Of a DNA stretch of 64,000 nt, positions 46,258 to 54,973 are shown one piece after another. The notes under the pieces are model-generated. The model did no database searches. It was given only the letters and a program-made list of their open reading frames with translations, and was not told the origin of the DNA. Made by a program: the position numbers and the translations under genes. Every line of letters starts with the position of its first letter. The stretch's first letter is position 1. This DNA is from Myxococcota bacterium. Its GTDB lineage: Bacteria; Myxococcota_A; UBA9160; UBA6930. The stretch is taken from positions 1,344,001 to 1,408,000 of the forward strand of contig OZ245002.1 in the NCBI GenBank assembly GCA_965223415.1. The letters run 5' to 3'.

Positions 46258-46394
46258 CCGACGACGACGCCTGGGAAGTCGGCGACTGGGGCCCCGAGTG
46301 GAGCACCTGGGGACCGCCGGAGCCCCCGGAAGTGTTCTTCCAGATGAGCGACCTGGCGGAGCTGGGGAAGGACTGGGAGAGCCGGAAGGCGTAG
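46258..46394 (+). pseudogene. 3' remainder of the interrupted VOC gene
   Basis: DDDAWEVGDWGPEWSTWGPPEPPEVFF...RKA-stop, a typical W-rich WGP tail for this VOC type, in frame once the IS and one TSD are removed. Confidence 0.88.
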
Positions 46395-46553
46395 GGCCAG
46401 CCCTGCTTCGAGAGGGAGTCCGGCTAGGAAGCGGGGATCTCCACTGGATCGAACCCCGGCCCTGCCTTGCGCCAGCCCGTGCTGAGGGCCGGGCGGAAGC
46501 CGGGGCCGAGCCCGAACGCGCCCCCATCCCAACCGAACCCGAGCCCGCCTCCG

Positions 46554-48230
46554 CTACGGCCGTCCGTCTCCGCAAGCCACTCTCCGCTCGTCTCGCTCGA
46601 CCTCCACGGCGATCCCCCGTCCCTCGGCGTCACACACCACCGCCGCTGCGAAGCCCCGCCCGACCCGTCTACGAAGCGCCTCCCAGCTCTCCCGGCCAGC
46701 TCCCTCCGCGAAGAACGGCACCGCCTCGTACCCCCAGGTCCGATGCAGCAAGGCGATGCGCCGCCACCGCTGCACGGCCGCGATCATGTCGCCCTTCCCG
46801 AGGGCCTCCCAGAGCGCCTCCTCGTGGACCGCCGCCCCCGGCAGCACCAGCGTTGCCGCCACCCGCCGGTTCTCCGCATCCCACGCTCGGCGCGCCGCTT
46901 CGAGGGGGCGGAACCGTTCCGGCGCCGTCGGGAAGACGTCGCGGGTCTCACCGGGATCCGCGCCCAGGTCGAATCCCTCCACCCGTGCCGCGCGCCCATC
47001 CTCCCCGGGCCACCACAAGAGCTTGCGATCCCGGCTGCGCACCGCGACGACGCGCCGTTGCATCTCTCGCTTCGGGGTCGTCCAACCCTTGCGCGTGGTC
47101 TGCAGGAAGACGTACTCACGCGCCGCCTCGGCGCGCCCGTCGACGAGGGGTGCGAGGCTCACGCCCTGCATGGCGGGCATCACGCTGGCGGTCGGGACGC
47201 CCAGCCACTCGAAGAGGGTCGGCATGAGATCGACGCCCTGCACGAGGGCGTCGCTTCGGCCGGCGACCGGCGTGTTTCCGCGGAGGCTCTCGGGCAGGCG
47301 CACGACGAGGGGGATGCGCACGAGCTCGTCGTAGAGCTTGCCGTCATAGCCGGTGGAGGCGTGCCCGACCCAGCCGTGCTCGAGGAGCTCCTCACCGTGG
47401 TCGGCGGAGACGATGACGATGGTGCGCTCGAGGAGCCCGGTCTCGCGGAGGGCGGTGAAGGCGCGCCCGAGGTGGTCGTCGGCATCCCGCACGGTCTCGT
47501 CGTAGAGCGCGCGAATCGCTTCCGCGTCGCCGGGAACGAAGGCGATCTCTCCGGGGTGGGAGAAGCCCACCTGCGGGATCGGGGGACGGAGCACGAGGTA
47601 GTGCTCGCTCACAGCGCGGAAGCCCGGCGTCGAAGGGCGCTCGGCGAGGAAGCGCCCCGCGTTGCGCTCCGAAGGCTGGTAGGGGAGATGAGGCTCCTTG
47701 CTGTGGAGCCAGGCGAAGAAGGGCTTCTCCTCGGGCAGGGCGGCACGCTCTCGCACGAAGCGCTCGAAGTCGGTGGGGCCGAGCTCGGTCTCGATGCCGA
47801 GCCCGCCGTAATTCGCGCCGCGGCCGCTGTGGCCCAGCACTTCGTAGCCACGCCCGGCGAGCACGCGCAGGGGCGCCGCCAGGGCGTCGTCGTAGGCACT
47901 GTGCCGGCCGTTCTGGGCGTGGACCGGCGGGTAATAGCCCGTCAGCATCGAGACGATGCCGGGACTGGTCCAGGCGGACGTGGCGAAGGCGTTCTCGAAC
48001 ACGAACGCCTCGCGGGCGAAGGCCTCGAGCTGCGGCGTGGTGGGGCGCGCGTAGCCGTGGAGGCCGGTGTGGTCCGGGCGCAGGCAGTCGACGGTGAGGA
48101 GCAGGACGTTGGGGGCCACCGGGGCGCCCCAGGCGGGAGGGGCGAGAAGGAAGGCCACCGCCAGCAGCCATCGGGATCGGGTCGTCCCGCGCGAGACCCT
48201 CGCCGATCGCGTTGCGCCCCGAGCCGCCAC
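46554..48230 (-). CDS. Secreted sulfatase-like hydrolase/transferase (alkaline phosphatase superfamily)
   Basis: PNVLLLTVDCLRPDH, AWTSPG..SMLTG, SADHGE, RIPLVVR, VDLMPTL, DPGE. Confidence 0.88.
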   Translation of the reverse strand: MAARGATRSARVSRGTTRSRWLLAVAFLLAPPAWGAPVAPNVLLLTVDCLRPDHTGLHGYARPTTPQLEAFAREAFVFENAFATSAWTSPGIVSMLTGYYPPVHAQNGRHSAYDDALAAPLRVLAGRGYEVLGHSGRGANYGGLGIETELGPTDFERFVRERAALPEEKPFFAWLHSKEPHLPYQPSERNAGRFLAERPSTPGFRAVSEHYLVLRPPIPQVGFSHPGEIAFVPGDAEAIRALYDETVRDADDHLGRAFTALRETGLLERTIVIVSADHGEELLEHGWVGHASTGYDGKLYDELVRIPLVVRLPESLRGNTPVAGRSDALVQGVDLMPTLFEWLGVPTASVMPAMQGVSLAPLVDGRAEAAREYVFLQTTRKGWTTPKREMQRRVVAVRSRDRKLLWWPGEDGRAARVEGFDLGADPGETRDVFPTAPERFRPLEAARRAWDAENRRVAATLVLPGAAVHEEALWEALGKGDMIAAVQRWRRIALLHRTWGYEAVPFFAEGAGRESWEALRRRVGRGFAAAVVCDAEGRGIAVEVERDERRVACGDGRP

Positions 48231-48253
48231 GGGACGATCCTAGCGATGCACTA

Positions 48254-48283
48254 TTGACACTAAAAATGCCAATATGGCATCCT
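48254..48283 (+). promoter_or_regulatory. Promoter with overlapping palindromic operator upstream of the acyl-CoA synthetase
   Basis: TTGACA 48254-48259, TGgCATCCT extended -10; palindrome ATGCCA-ATA-TGGCAT at 48266-48280 in an AT-rich patch. Confidence 0.65.
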
Positions 48284-48308
48284 GGCCCGCCGCCGTCGGA
48301 GGACCCCC

Positions 48309-50087
48309 ATGAGCTCACTCGAGCGCCTCCAGACCCTTTGGACCGAGGCTCGCGGAATGGGGCGGGTCGCGCGCAACGCGCCGCGCCTGCTTCCCGCAGC
48401 ACCCTGGAACCCGGCACGGCTCCTCGAGGAGAAGGCGAAGCGGCTCGGACCCCGCCCGGCCCTCCTGTTCGAGGATCGCCGCCTCTCCTGGAGCGAGCTC
48501 GACGGAGAGGTGAACCGCGCAGCCCGCACGTTCCGGCAGATGGGGATCCGGCGCGGAGACGTCGTGGTTCTGCTGATGGACAACCGGCCCGAGTTCCTGT
48601 TCGCGGTCTCGGGCCTGAACCGGATCCGCGCCGGCGCGGCCCTGATCAACACGAACATCACCGGGGCGGCCCTGGCCCACGCGATCCGTATCGCCGAGCC
48701 CGTGGCCGTGCTGGCGGGCGCCGAGCACCGGGAGAAGCTCGAGACGGTGCTCCCCGAGCTCGAACAGCTGCCGAAGGATCGAGTGTGGATCCAGCGGGAC
48801 GGGGACGACACCGCCGTCGGCGGCTTCCGCAGCTTCGACGAGGCCGCGGCGCGAGAGAGCACGCGGCCGCTTCCAGACCGCCCGGTGCCCCGGGCGGACG
48901 ACCGCTTCGGCTTCATCTACACCTCCGGAACGACCGGGCTGCCGAAGGCCGCGGTGATCAAGAACCAGCGCATCATGGCGCCCGGCGCCATGCTGGGCGA
49001 CGGCGTGTTCGAGATGACGCCCGACGACGTCGTCTACATCACCACCCCGCTCTACCACAGCGTCGGCATGTTCATCGGTTGGGGGGGCACGCTCACGACC
49101 GGCGCCACCATCGCCCTGCGGCGCAAGTTCTCCGCCTCGCGCTTCTGGGAGGACGTGCGCCGTTTCGACGCGACGGTCTTCGTCTACATCGGAGAGCTGT
49201 GCCGCTACCTGCTGAACCAGCCGGAGCACCCGGACGAGCGGCGGCACCGGCTGCGGATCGCCGGCGGCAACGGCCTGCGCCCGGACATCTGGGAGGCGTT
49301 CCAGTCGCGCTTCGGGATCCCGCTGATCCGCGAGTACTACGGCGCCACCGAGGGCACGGTCTCCACCGTCAACATGACCGGCAAGAAGGGAATGGTGGGG
49401 CGCCTGCCGCCCGGCGCCTACCTGCTGCGCTGTGATCCGGAGACCGGCGAGCCCTGGCGCAGCGCCGACGGACGCTGCGAGGCCGTCGGTGCCGGGGGCA
49501 CGGGGCTCCTCGTGGGCCGCATCACCCGCGCCCTGCCCTTCGACGGCTACGCCGACGCGGAGGCGACGAAGAAGAAGATCCTCGAGGGCGTCTTCCACGG
49601 GGGCGATCGCTACTTCAACACGGGCGACCTGCTGACCCTCCATGAGGACCGGTGGCTCGGCTTTGCCGATCGCGTGGGCGACACCTTCCGGTGGAAGGGC
49701 GAGAACGTGTCGACCAACGAGGTGGCGGAGATCCTGAACGGGGCCCGCGGCGTGCTCGAGACGAACGTCTACGGCGTGAAGGTGCCGGGCGCCGACGGAC
49801 GGGCCGGGATGGCCAGCGTCCATCACGACGAGCGCTTCTCGATCGACGAGCTCGCGGCCTTCGTGAGCCGCGAGCTGCCGGGTTACATGCGGCCCTACTT
49901 CGTCCGTCTGCAACGGGAGATGCGCATTACCGGCACCTTCAAGCACCAGAAGGTCGACTACCGGCGCGAGGGCTACGACCCCTCCCTCGTGTCCGACCCA
50001 CTCTACTTCCTGCAAGGCGACCGCTACGTGCCCCTCGACACCGAGCTGTTCGGGGGCATCGAGAGCGGACGCGTCGAGGTTCGCTGA
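48309..50087 (+). CDS. Long-chain acyl-CoA synthetase (FATP/FadD6-like)
   Basis: YTSGTTGLPKA, YIGELCRYL, YGATEG, DRVGDTFRWKGENVST. Confidence 0.95.
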   Translation: MSSLERLQTLWTEARGMGRVARNAPRLLPAAPWNPARLLEEKAKRLGPRPALLFEDRRLSWSELDGEVNRAARTFRQMGIRRGDVVVLLMDNRPEFLFAVSGLNRIRAGAALINTNITGAALAHAIRIAEPVAVLAGAEHREKLETVLPELEQLPKDRVWIQRDGDDTAVGGFRSFDEAAARESTRPLPDRPVPRADDRFGFIYTSGTTGLPKAAVIKNQRIMAPGAMLGDGVFEMTPDDVVYITTPLYHSVGMFIGWGGTLTTGATIALRRKFSASRFWEDVRRFDATVFVYIGELCRYLLNQPEHPDERRHRLRIAGGNGLRPDIWEAFQSRFGIPLIREYYGATEGTVSTVNMTGKKGMVGRLPPGAYLLRCDPETGEPWRSADGRCEAVGAGGTGLLVGRITRALPFDGYADAEATKKKILEGVFHGGDRYFNTGDLLTLHEDRWLGFADRVGDTFRWKGENVSTNEVAEILNGARGVLETNVYGVKVPGADGRAGMASVHHDERFSIDELAAFVSRELPGYMRPYFVRLQREMRITGTFKHQKVDYRREGYDPSLVSDPLYFLQGDRYVPLDTELFGGIESGRVEVR

Positions 50088-51460
50088 TGGCCCAAGAGAA
50101 GAGCGCCAAGCTGGCCGCCACCAGCGACCTGAGCCCCCTCGCGCGCCGGCTGCAATCGGCCTTCCTGCGCACCCTGGTGAGCCCGGGCACGCGCGCGCGC
50201 CGCCGCCGGATGGACGAGTGGCGTCGCCGGCTGCACAGCGGCCCTCGTGTGGTGCACTACTTCCACCAGGCCGACGATCCCTACAGCCAGCTCGCGGCTC
50301 AGCGCCTGGGCGCCCTCGCGGCGAGCTACGAGGTCGAGCTCTCGCCCCACCTGGTCGGGCCGAATCGCGGCGCCAACAACCCGGAGCCGGAGCTCCTCGC
50401 GGGCTTCGCCCGGCGCGACGCTGCTGCGGTGGCGCCCCACTACGGGCTGGCCTTCGACGACCCGGGCCAGCAGCCGCCGCCGGAAGCGGTGCAGCTGGCG
50501 GAGCGGCTGCTCGTCGCGGCGCTCGAGCGGGGCGACTTCGCCGAGCGGGCGGCGACGATCGGCGAGGCGCTCTGGTCCGGGGCCAAGGAGCGCCTCGAGC
50601 GACTCGCCGAGGAGCACCCGCCGGCATCGCCGGAGGCGACCGAGGCCGCCCGCTCGGAGGGCGACGCGCTCCGGGCGAAGCTGCGCCACTACTCCAGCGC
50701 CACCCTCCACTACGCGGGCGAGTGGTACTGGGGCGTCGATCGGCTCCCGCACCTCGAGACCCGCCTGGCCGAGCTGGGGGCGCGACGGGCTGGTGCCGAG
50801 CCGGTGATCACGCGGCCTCCGATCGACCCGGGTCCCATGCCCGACGACGGCCGTCTGACCCTCGAGTTCTTTCCGTCCCTGCGCAGCCCGTACACGGCGG
50901 TGATCTACGACAAGGCACTGGAGCTGGCGGAGCGAAGCGGGGTGCGCCTCCGGCTGCGGCCGGTGCTCCCCATGGTGATGCGCGGCGTGCCCGCGACCTT
51001 CGCCAAGGGCCTCTACATCTTCAGCGATGCGCTGCGGGAGGCGGAGGCCCTGGGCGTCCCCTTCGGCAACATGGTCGATCCGATCGGCCGGCCGGTGGAA
51101 CGCGCGTACTCGCTCTTCCCGTGGGCGCAGCAGCAGGGAAAGGGAGGAGCCCTGCTCTCCTCCTTCCTGCGCGGGGCCTTCGCCGAAGGCGTGAACACCA
51201 GCACCGATGCCGGCATGCGCGCCGTGGTCGAGAGCGCCGGCCTCTCCTGGGCGGCCGCTCAGCCCTACCTGGACAGCGACGACTGGCGCGACGAGCTCGA
51301 GGCCAACCGCCTCGCCATGTACGACGAGCTCGGCCTGTGGGGGGTCCCGTCCTTCCGCGTGAGCGGACCCGCCGGCGAGCCCGACTACGGAACCTGGGGC
51401 CAGGACCGCCTCTGGCTCGTGGCCGCGGAGATCCGGCGGCGCATCGCCCTCGCCCGTTGA
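50087..51460 (+). CDS. Tandem DsbA-like / 2-hydroxychromene-2-carboxylate isomerase family protein
   Basis: Two thioredoxin-fold repeats: DDPYS..WYWGVDRL and LRSPYT..LWGVPSF..WGQDRL; TGATG coupling. Confidence 0.88.
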   Translation: MAQEKSAKLAATSDLSPLARRLQSAFLRTLVSPGTRARRRRMDEWRRRLHSGPRVVHYFHQADDPYSQLAAQRLGALAASYEVELSPHLVGPNRGANNPEPELLAGFARRDAAAVAPHYGLAFDDPGQQPPPEAVQLAERLLVAALERGDFAERAATIGEALWSGAKERLERLAEEHPPASPEATEAARSEGDALRAKLRHYSSATLHYAGEWYWGVDRLPHLETRLAELGARRAGAEPVITRPPIDPGPMPDDGRLTLEFFPSLRSPYTAVIYDKALELAERSGVRLRLRPVLPMVMRGVPATFAKGLYIFSDALREAEALGVPFGNMVDPIGRPVERAYSLFPWAQQQGKGGALLSSFLRGAFAEGVNTSTDAGMRAVVESAGLSWAAAQPYLDSDDWRDELEANRLAMYDELGLWGVPSFRVSGPAGEPDYGTWGQDRLWLVAAEIRRRIALAR

Positions 51461-51472
51461 CGCGGCCGGCGC

Positions 51473-51913
51473 TCAGCAGCAGCCGGCTCGCTCGGCCAGC
51501 TTCTCGGAGACGTCGGAGGGCTCCTCGCTCGGGGGCGTGGCGAAGAACGTCTCCGAGTCCTCGGAGATCCGATACCACTCCCAGCGCAGGCCGTCGGGCT
51601 CCTCGGCCCAGACCTTGTCCTGCTTGGCGTAGCAGCAGGTGGTCTCGTCTTCGACCAGGTGCTCCAGGCCGGCGGCCTTCAGGCGTTCCGTGGCGGCGGT
51701 GACGTCACCGCCCCCGAAGACCTCGACACCCAGGTGGTTGATCCGCTGCTCGGCGTCCGGAGCCTCGAAGAGCACGAGCTTCAACGGCGGCTCGTCGATG
51801 GCGAAGTTCGCATAGCCGGGCTTCCGCTTGTGGACCTCGGCGCCGAACATCTTGCCGTAGAAGTCGATCGCCGCGTCCAGGTCCTTCACGTTGAGAGCGA
51901 GCTGGAGTCTCAT
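51473..51913 (-). CDS. ArsI/CadI-family VOC metalloenzyme
   Basis: MRLQLALNV, PGYANF, NHLGVEV, TTCCYAKQDKVW..PDG..WEWY; C-terminal CC. Confidence 0.9.
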   Translation of the reverse strand: MRLQLALNVKDLDAAIDFYGKMFGAEVHKRKPGYANFAIDEPPLKLVLFEAPDAEQRINHLGVEVFGGGDVTAATERLKAAGLEHLVEDETTCCYAKQDKVWAEEPDGLRWEWYRISEDSETFFATPPSEEPSDVSEKLAERAGCC

Positions 51914-51922
51914 GGCTCCCCC

Positions 51923-51956
51923 TTTCGATATTTCCATTATCGTGGAAATATCGAAA
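51923..51956. promoter_or_regulatory. ArsR operator (14-6-14 inverted repeat) over the arsI promoter
   Basis: TTTCGATATTTCCA-TTATCG-TGGAAATATCGAAA; minus-strand TTGACA at 51958-51963 and GATAAT inside the repeat. Confidence 0.8.
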
Positions 51957-51959
51957 CTG

Positions 51960-52244
51960 TCAACCCCGACAGCAGTTCTCCGTGAGGAATCCCAGAACCC
52001 CGTTCAGGGTCGGGAAGTTGGGGGCGTAGACGAGCGAGCGGCCCTCGCGGCGGGAGCTCACCAGGTCCGCGTGGAGCAGGGCCTTCAGATGGAAGGATAG
52101 GGTGGGGGCAGGAACCCCCAATTCGTCGGCGATGTCTCCGGCCGGGAGGCCCTCGGGGCCCGCCTCCACCAGCAGCCGGAACGCGTCGAGGCGGGTCTCC
52201 TGGGCCAGGGCGCCGAGGACCTGGACGACTTCCTTGGTTTCCAT
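51960..52244 (-). CDS. arsR: ArsR/SmtB repressor with C-terminal vicinal Cys pair
   Basis: ALAQETRL..FRLLV, TLSFHLK, FLTENCC. Confidence 0.93.
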   Translation of the reverse strand: METKEVVQVLGALAQETRLDAFRLLVEAGPEGLPAGDIADELGVPAPTLSFHLKALLHADLVSSRREGRSLVYAPNFPTLNGVLGFLTENCCRG

Positions 52245-52246
52245 GC

Positions 52247-52262
52247 TTCCAGTCTAATGGAA
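52247..52262. promoter_or_regulatory. Second ArsR operator core over the arsR -10
   Basis: TTCCA-GTCTAA-TGGAA, the same TTCCA-N6-TGGAA core as 51932-51947, containing TAGACT on the minus strand. Confidence 0.7.
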
Positions 52263-52295
52263 TCGTGCGGCCGTGGAGCACCTAGACTGAGGGCC

Positions 52296-52724
52296 ATGAA
52301 GCACCCCCTCCCCGTCCTGGCCCTGCTCGCCGGCCTGGCCTGCGCGAGCGTCCCGCCGGCCAGCAGCCCGGTCGACTGGGCCCGGGCCGCCGAGCCCTGG
52401 TCGGTCCTGATCGTCACGGTGGACCCGGACGGCGACGAGCGGGCGACGCGCATCTGGCTCGTGGCCCACGAGGGCGTTGGCGCCATTCGCACCGGCGAGA
52501 CGCGTTGGCGGGAGAACCTCGACCGGGACCCGCTGTGCCGGCTCCGCGTCGGCGGGGCGGAACATCGGCTGCGCGCCGAGCCGATCACGGATCCGGAGGA
52601 GCGTCACCGGATCGACGCGGCCTTCCGGGCCAAGTACGGCTGGCAGGACCGCATGCTGGGCGCCGATCGGGCCGGCAGCGACGACCCCTACTTCCAGCTG
52701 CGACCCGCCGGCGGGACCGACTGA
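52296..52724 (+). CDS. DUF2255-like split-barrel lipoprotein
   Basis: Lipobox LAGLAC; T.D.DG..R.TRIWLV, IDAAFRAKYG. Confidence 0.65.
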   Translation: MKHPLPVLALLAGLACASVPPASSPVDWARAAEPWSVLIVTVDPDGDERATRIWLVAHEGVGAIRTGETRWRENLDRDPLCRLRVGGAEHRLRAEPITDPEERHRIDAAFRAKYGWQDRMLGADRAGSDDPYFQLRPAGGTD

Positions 52725-53030
52725 GCGCACTGCGCGCCCCCGCGCCGGGCCCAGCGGGCCGGATCGCATAGGTCACTCCCCCCACCCGAACGTGTCGCCG
52801 GCATCGAACGGACGTTCTGCCGCGAAACGTGCCCGTGCGGGCACAGGAGCCTGTCCCCGGGGAACGGAGCGAAGCCACCTCCGTCGGTGGGCTGCTTGCG
52901 TTCCCGTGGCGAGGCCCTAGCGTATTACGGGTCAGAGGCCCCCTTTCGAAGCGATCCAAGGCCCACGGGTTTCCCAGGTCCGTGCATCTCTCGATCGAGC
53001 CTCCCTCACGAACCTGAAATCGGAGACCGA

Positions 53031-53318
53031 ATGAGCAAGAAGCTCTACGTGGGCAACCTGCCCTTCCGCACCAACGACGACGAGCTGCGAGACGTGTTCT
53101 CGGTACACGGCAGCGTGCTTTCCGCTCGCGTCATCACCGACCGGGAGACCGGCCGTTCGCGAGGCTTCGGCTTCGTCGAGTTCGAGAACGGCGAAGATGC
53201 CGACAAGGCCATGCAGGCCCTGGACGGCAGCGACATGGGCGGTCGCCCGCTGCGCGTCAACGAGGCGCAGGATCGCCGCGGTGGCGGCGGTGGCGGAGGC
53301 GGAGGTCGGCGCTTCTAG
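53031..53318 (+). CDS. RRM (RNP-1) RNA-binding protein with Gly-rich tail
   Basis: KKLYVGNL (RNP2), RGFGFVE (RNP1), LRVNEA, GGGG tail; GGAG RBS. Confidence 0.96.
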   Translation: MSKKLYVGNLPFRTNDDELRDVFSVHGSVLSARVITDRETGRSRGFGFVEFENGEDADKAMQALDGSDMGGRPLRVNEAQDRRGGGGGGGGGRRF

Positions 53319-54973
53319 CGCGGGCTCCCCACGCTCATCAGGATCTCGAGGCGGACCCGCTCCGGCGGCTCCTCCTCGTCCTGCTCGCGGGCCCGGCGCG
53401 CTTCTTCGGCGCGTCGGGCCCGCTCCCGTTCGGCGCGGCGCCGCTTCACGGCGTGAAAGCCGCGACCGAGCTGCTCGCGCACGGGCCGGGTGCCGTGGTA
53501 GGCGAAGAGATCGGTGCGCCCGTCGCCGTCCGCGTCGACCAGGTCGTAGGAGAGGGTCGACTCGAAGGGCACCACCAGATCCGGTGACCCGGAGTAACGG
53601 GCCTCTTCGTTCCCCCAGAAGATGCGCAGCTCGTCGGCACCGTCGTCGGCGGCCAGGTCGGCGTAGCCATCGCCGTTGAAATCGGCACCGAAGTCGAGGA
53701 GCGGCGCGATGCGGCCGGTGGGTCGGGCCTGGTTGCCGAACACGAGCTTCAGGATGTCGAGCTGGTAGTCGAGGACCACCCGCCGGTCGACGCGGGCGAA
53801 GGGCTTGCCCTCCGGCTGGGCGTAGCGTCCGTCTTCGCCCATCAGGAAGAGGCGCAGCTGCCAGCGCAGGGCGTTCTGGGTGATCACCTTCACGGCCTGG
53901 GACGGCGCGAAGTGGAAGAACGGGATCACCAGATCCCGCAGGCCGTCCCCGTCCAGGTCGACGACGTCGAAGTCCGGGGTCACGCTCTCCGAGCGGACTT
54001 TCTGGTCCGGCTCCTCCGGGTGGCTGCCGTCGGGGCGGGAGAAGAAGATCGCCCGATCCATCCGGGTGCGCTCCTCCGAGCTGCCCCACTTCGTGAGGAT
54101 CAGGTCCGCCTGCCCGTCGCCGTCGAGCTGCGCGAAGCTCACCACCTCGCCGGTGAACTGGGAATCGAGCTCGCTCTCCAGGAGGGCGCTGCGCTCGATC
54201 ACCCGCGAGGGCTTGCTGGGCAGTGTGCCGCCCTCTCCCTGGAGGAAGACGCGGATGACGTTGTCGAGCTGGGTCACCACGTCGAGACGTCCGTCGCCGT
54301 TCCAGTCGTAGGCGTGGAGGTCCGGCGTGTTGAGCTCGCTGGTGACGCGGCTCTGGAATCCGGAGCGGAGGGCCGCGTTCACGTCGGCGCCGCGGCTGGC
54401 GAGCCGGTAAAGGACGACGGCGGGGCTCTCGAAGCGCTGGGTGCTGCCGTCGGGGCGGACCCAGGTGGGGCCGTCCGGGCCGGGCAGCAGGAGCTCCTCG
54501 GTTCCGTCGCCGTCGAGATCGAAGAGCAGGTCGATCGGCCGGGGGATGTCCGCGTCGGTTCCTGCGAAGACGCCGGCACTGCCGGCCAGCGGCTCGCGGG
54601 GGCCGAGGCTCTCGGAGGCGAGCGAGGCCCATTCGACGCCGCGGTCGGTCACCACCACGAGCTCGGCGCCTGGCGCCGGCGCCACGTTCCCCACGTCGAA
54701 GGCTCGCACCTCCTCGGGGAGGTCGACGACGTCGCAGCCCGCGAAGCGCCGATCGGCCTGCTGGCGGCAGACGGCCAACCGGTAGTCGAAGCGGTCCCCG
54801 GCGGCGGCGTGCACCACCAGCACGTCGAGACGCCCGTCCCTGTCCATATCGGCGAGGAGCTGGTCCTCGATCTTGCCGGGGAACTCGACCTTCGAGCGAA
54901 CGAAGGGGCCGTCGTCTGCGGCGGCGGCGGGCAGCGCGAGGAGAAGGCACGCGAGGGCGCACGCGAGCCTCAC
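53315..54973 (-). CDS. Secreted FG-GAP/VCBS repeat protein
   Basis: Signal peptide; repeated DxDGDGxxD motifs (DMDRDGRLD, DLDGDGTEE, DWNGDGRLD, DFNGDGYAD, DADGDGRTD); GTGA overlap. Confidence 0.88.
   Translation of the reverse strand: MRLACALACLLLALPAAAADDGPFVRSKVEFPGKIEDQLLADMDRDGRLDVLVVHAAAGDRFDYRLAVCRQQADRRFAGCDVVDLPEEVRAFDVGNVAPAPGAELVVVTDRGVEWASLASESLGPREPLAGSAGVFAGTDADIPRPIDLLFDLDGDGTEELLLPGPDGPTWVRPDGSTQRFESPAVVLYRLASRGADVNAALRSGFQSRVTSELNTPDLHAYDWNGDGRLDVVTQLDNVIRVFLQGEGGTLPSKPSRVIERSALLESELDSQFTGEVVSFAQLDGDGQADLILTKWGSSEERTRMDRAIFFSRPDGSHPEEPDQKVRSESVTPDFDVVDLDGDGLRDLVIPFFHFAPSQAVKVITQNALRWQLRLFLMGEDGRYAQPEGKPFARVDRRVVLDYQLDILKLVFGNQARPTGRIAPLLDFGADFNGDGYADLAADDGADELRIFWGNEEARYSGSPDLVVPFESTLSYDLVDADGDGRTDLFAYHGTRPVREQLGRGFHAVKRRRAERERARRAEEARRAREQDEEEPPERVRLEILMSVGSPR

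Noticed and set aside
46170..46394. Independent 74-aa gene
   Set aside because: Chimera of the IS right end and the displaced VOC 3' tail.
46395..46553. Possible ncRNA in the gap after the VOC tail (CCCGGCCCT/AGGGCCGGG inverted repeat)
   Set aside because: No recognisable RNA family motif; likely a bidirectional terminator region or chance GC pairing.
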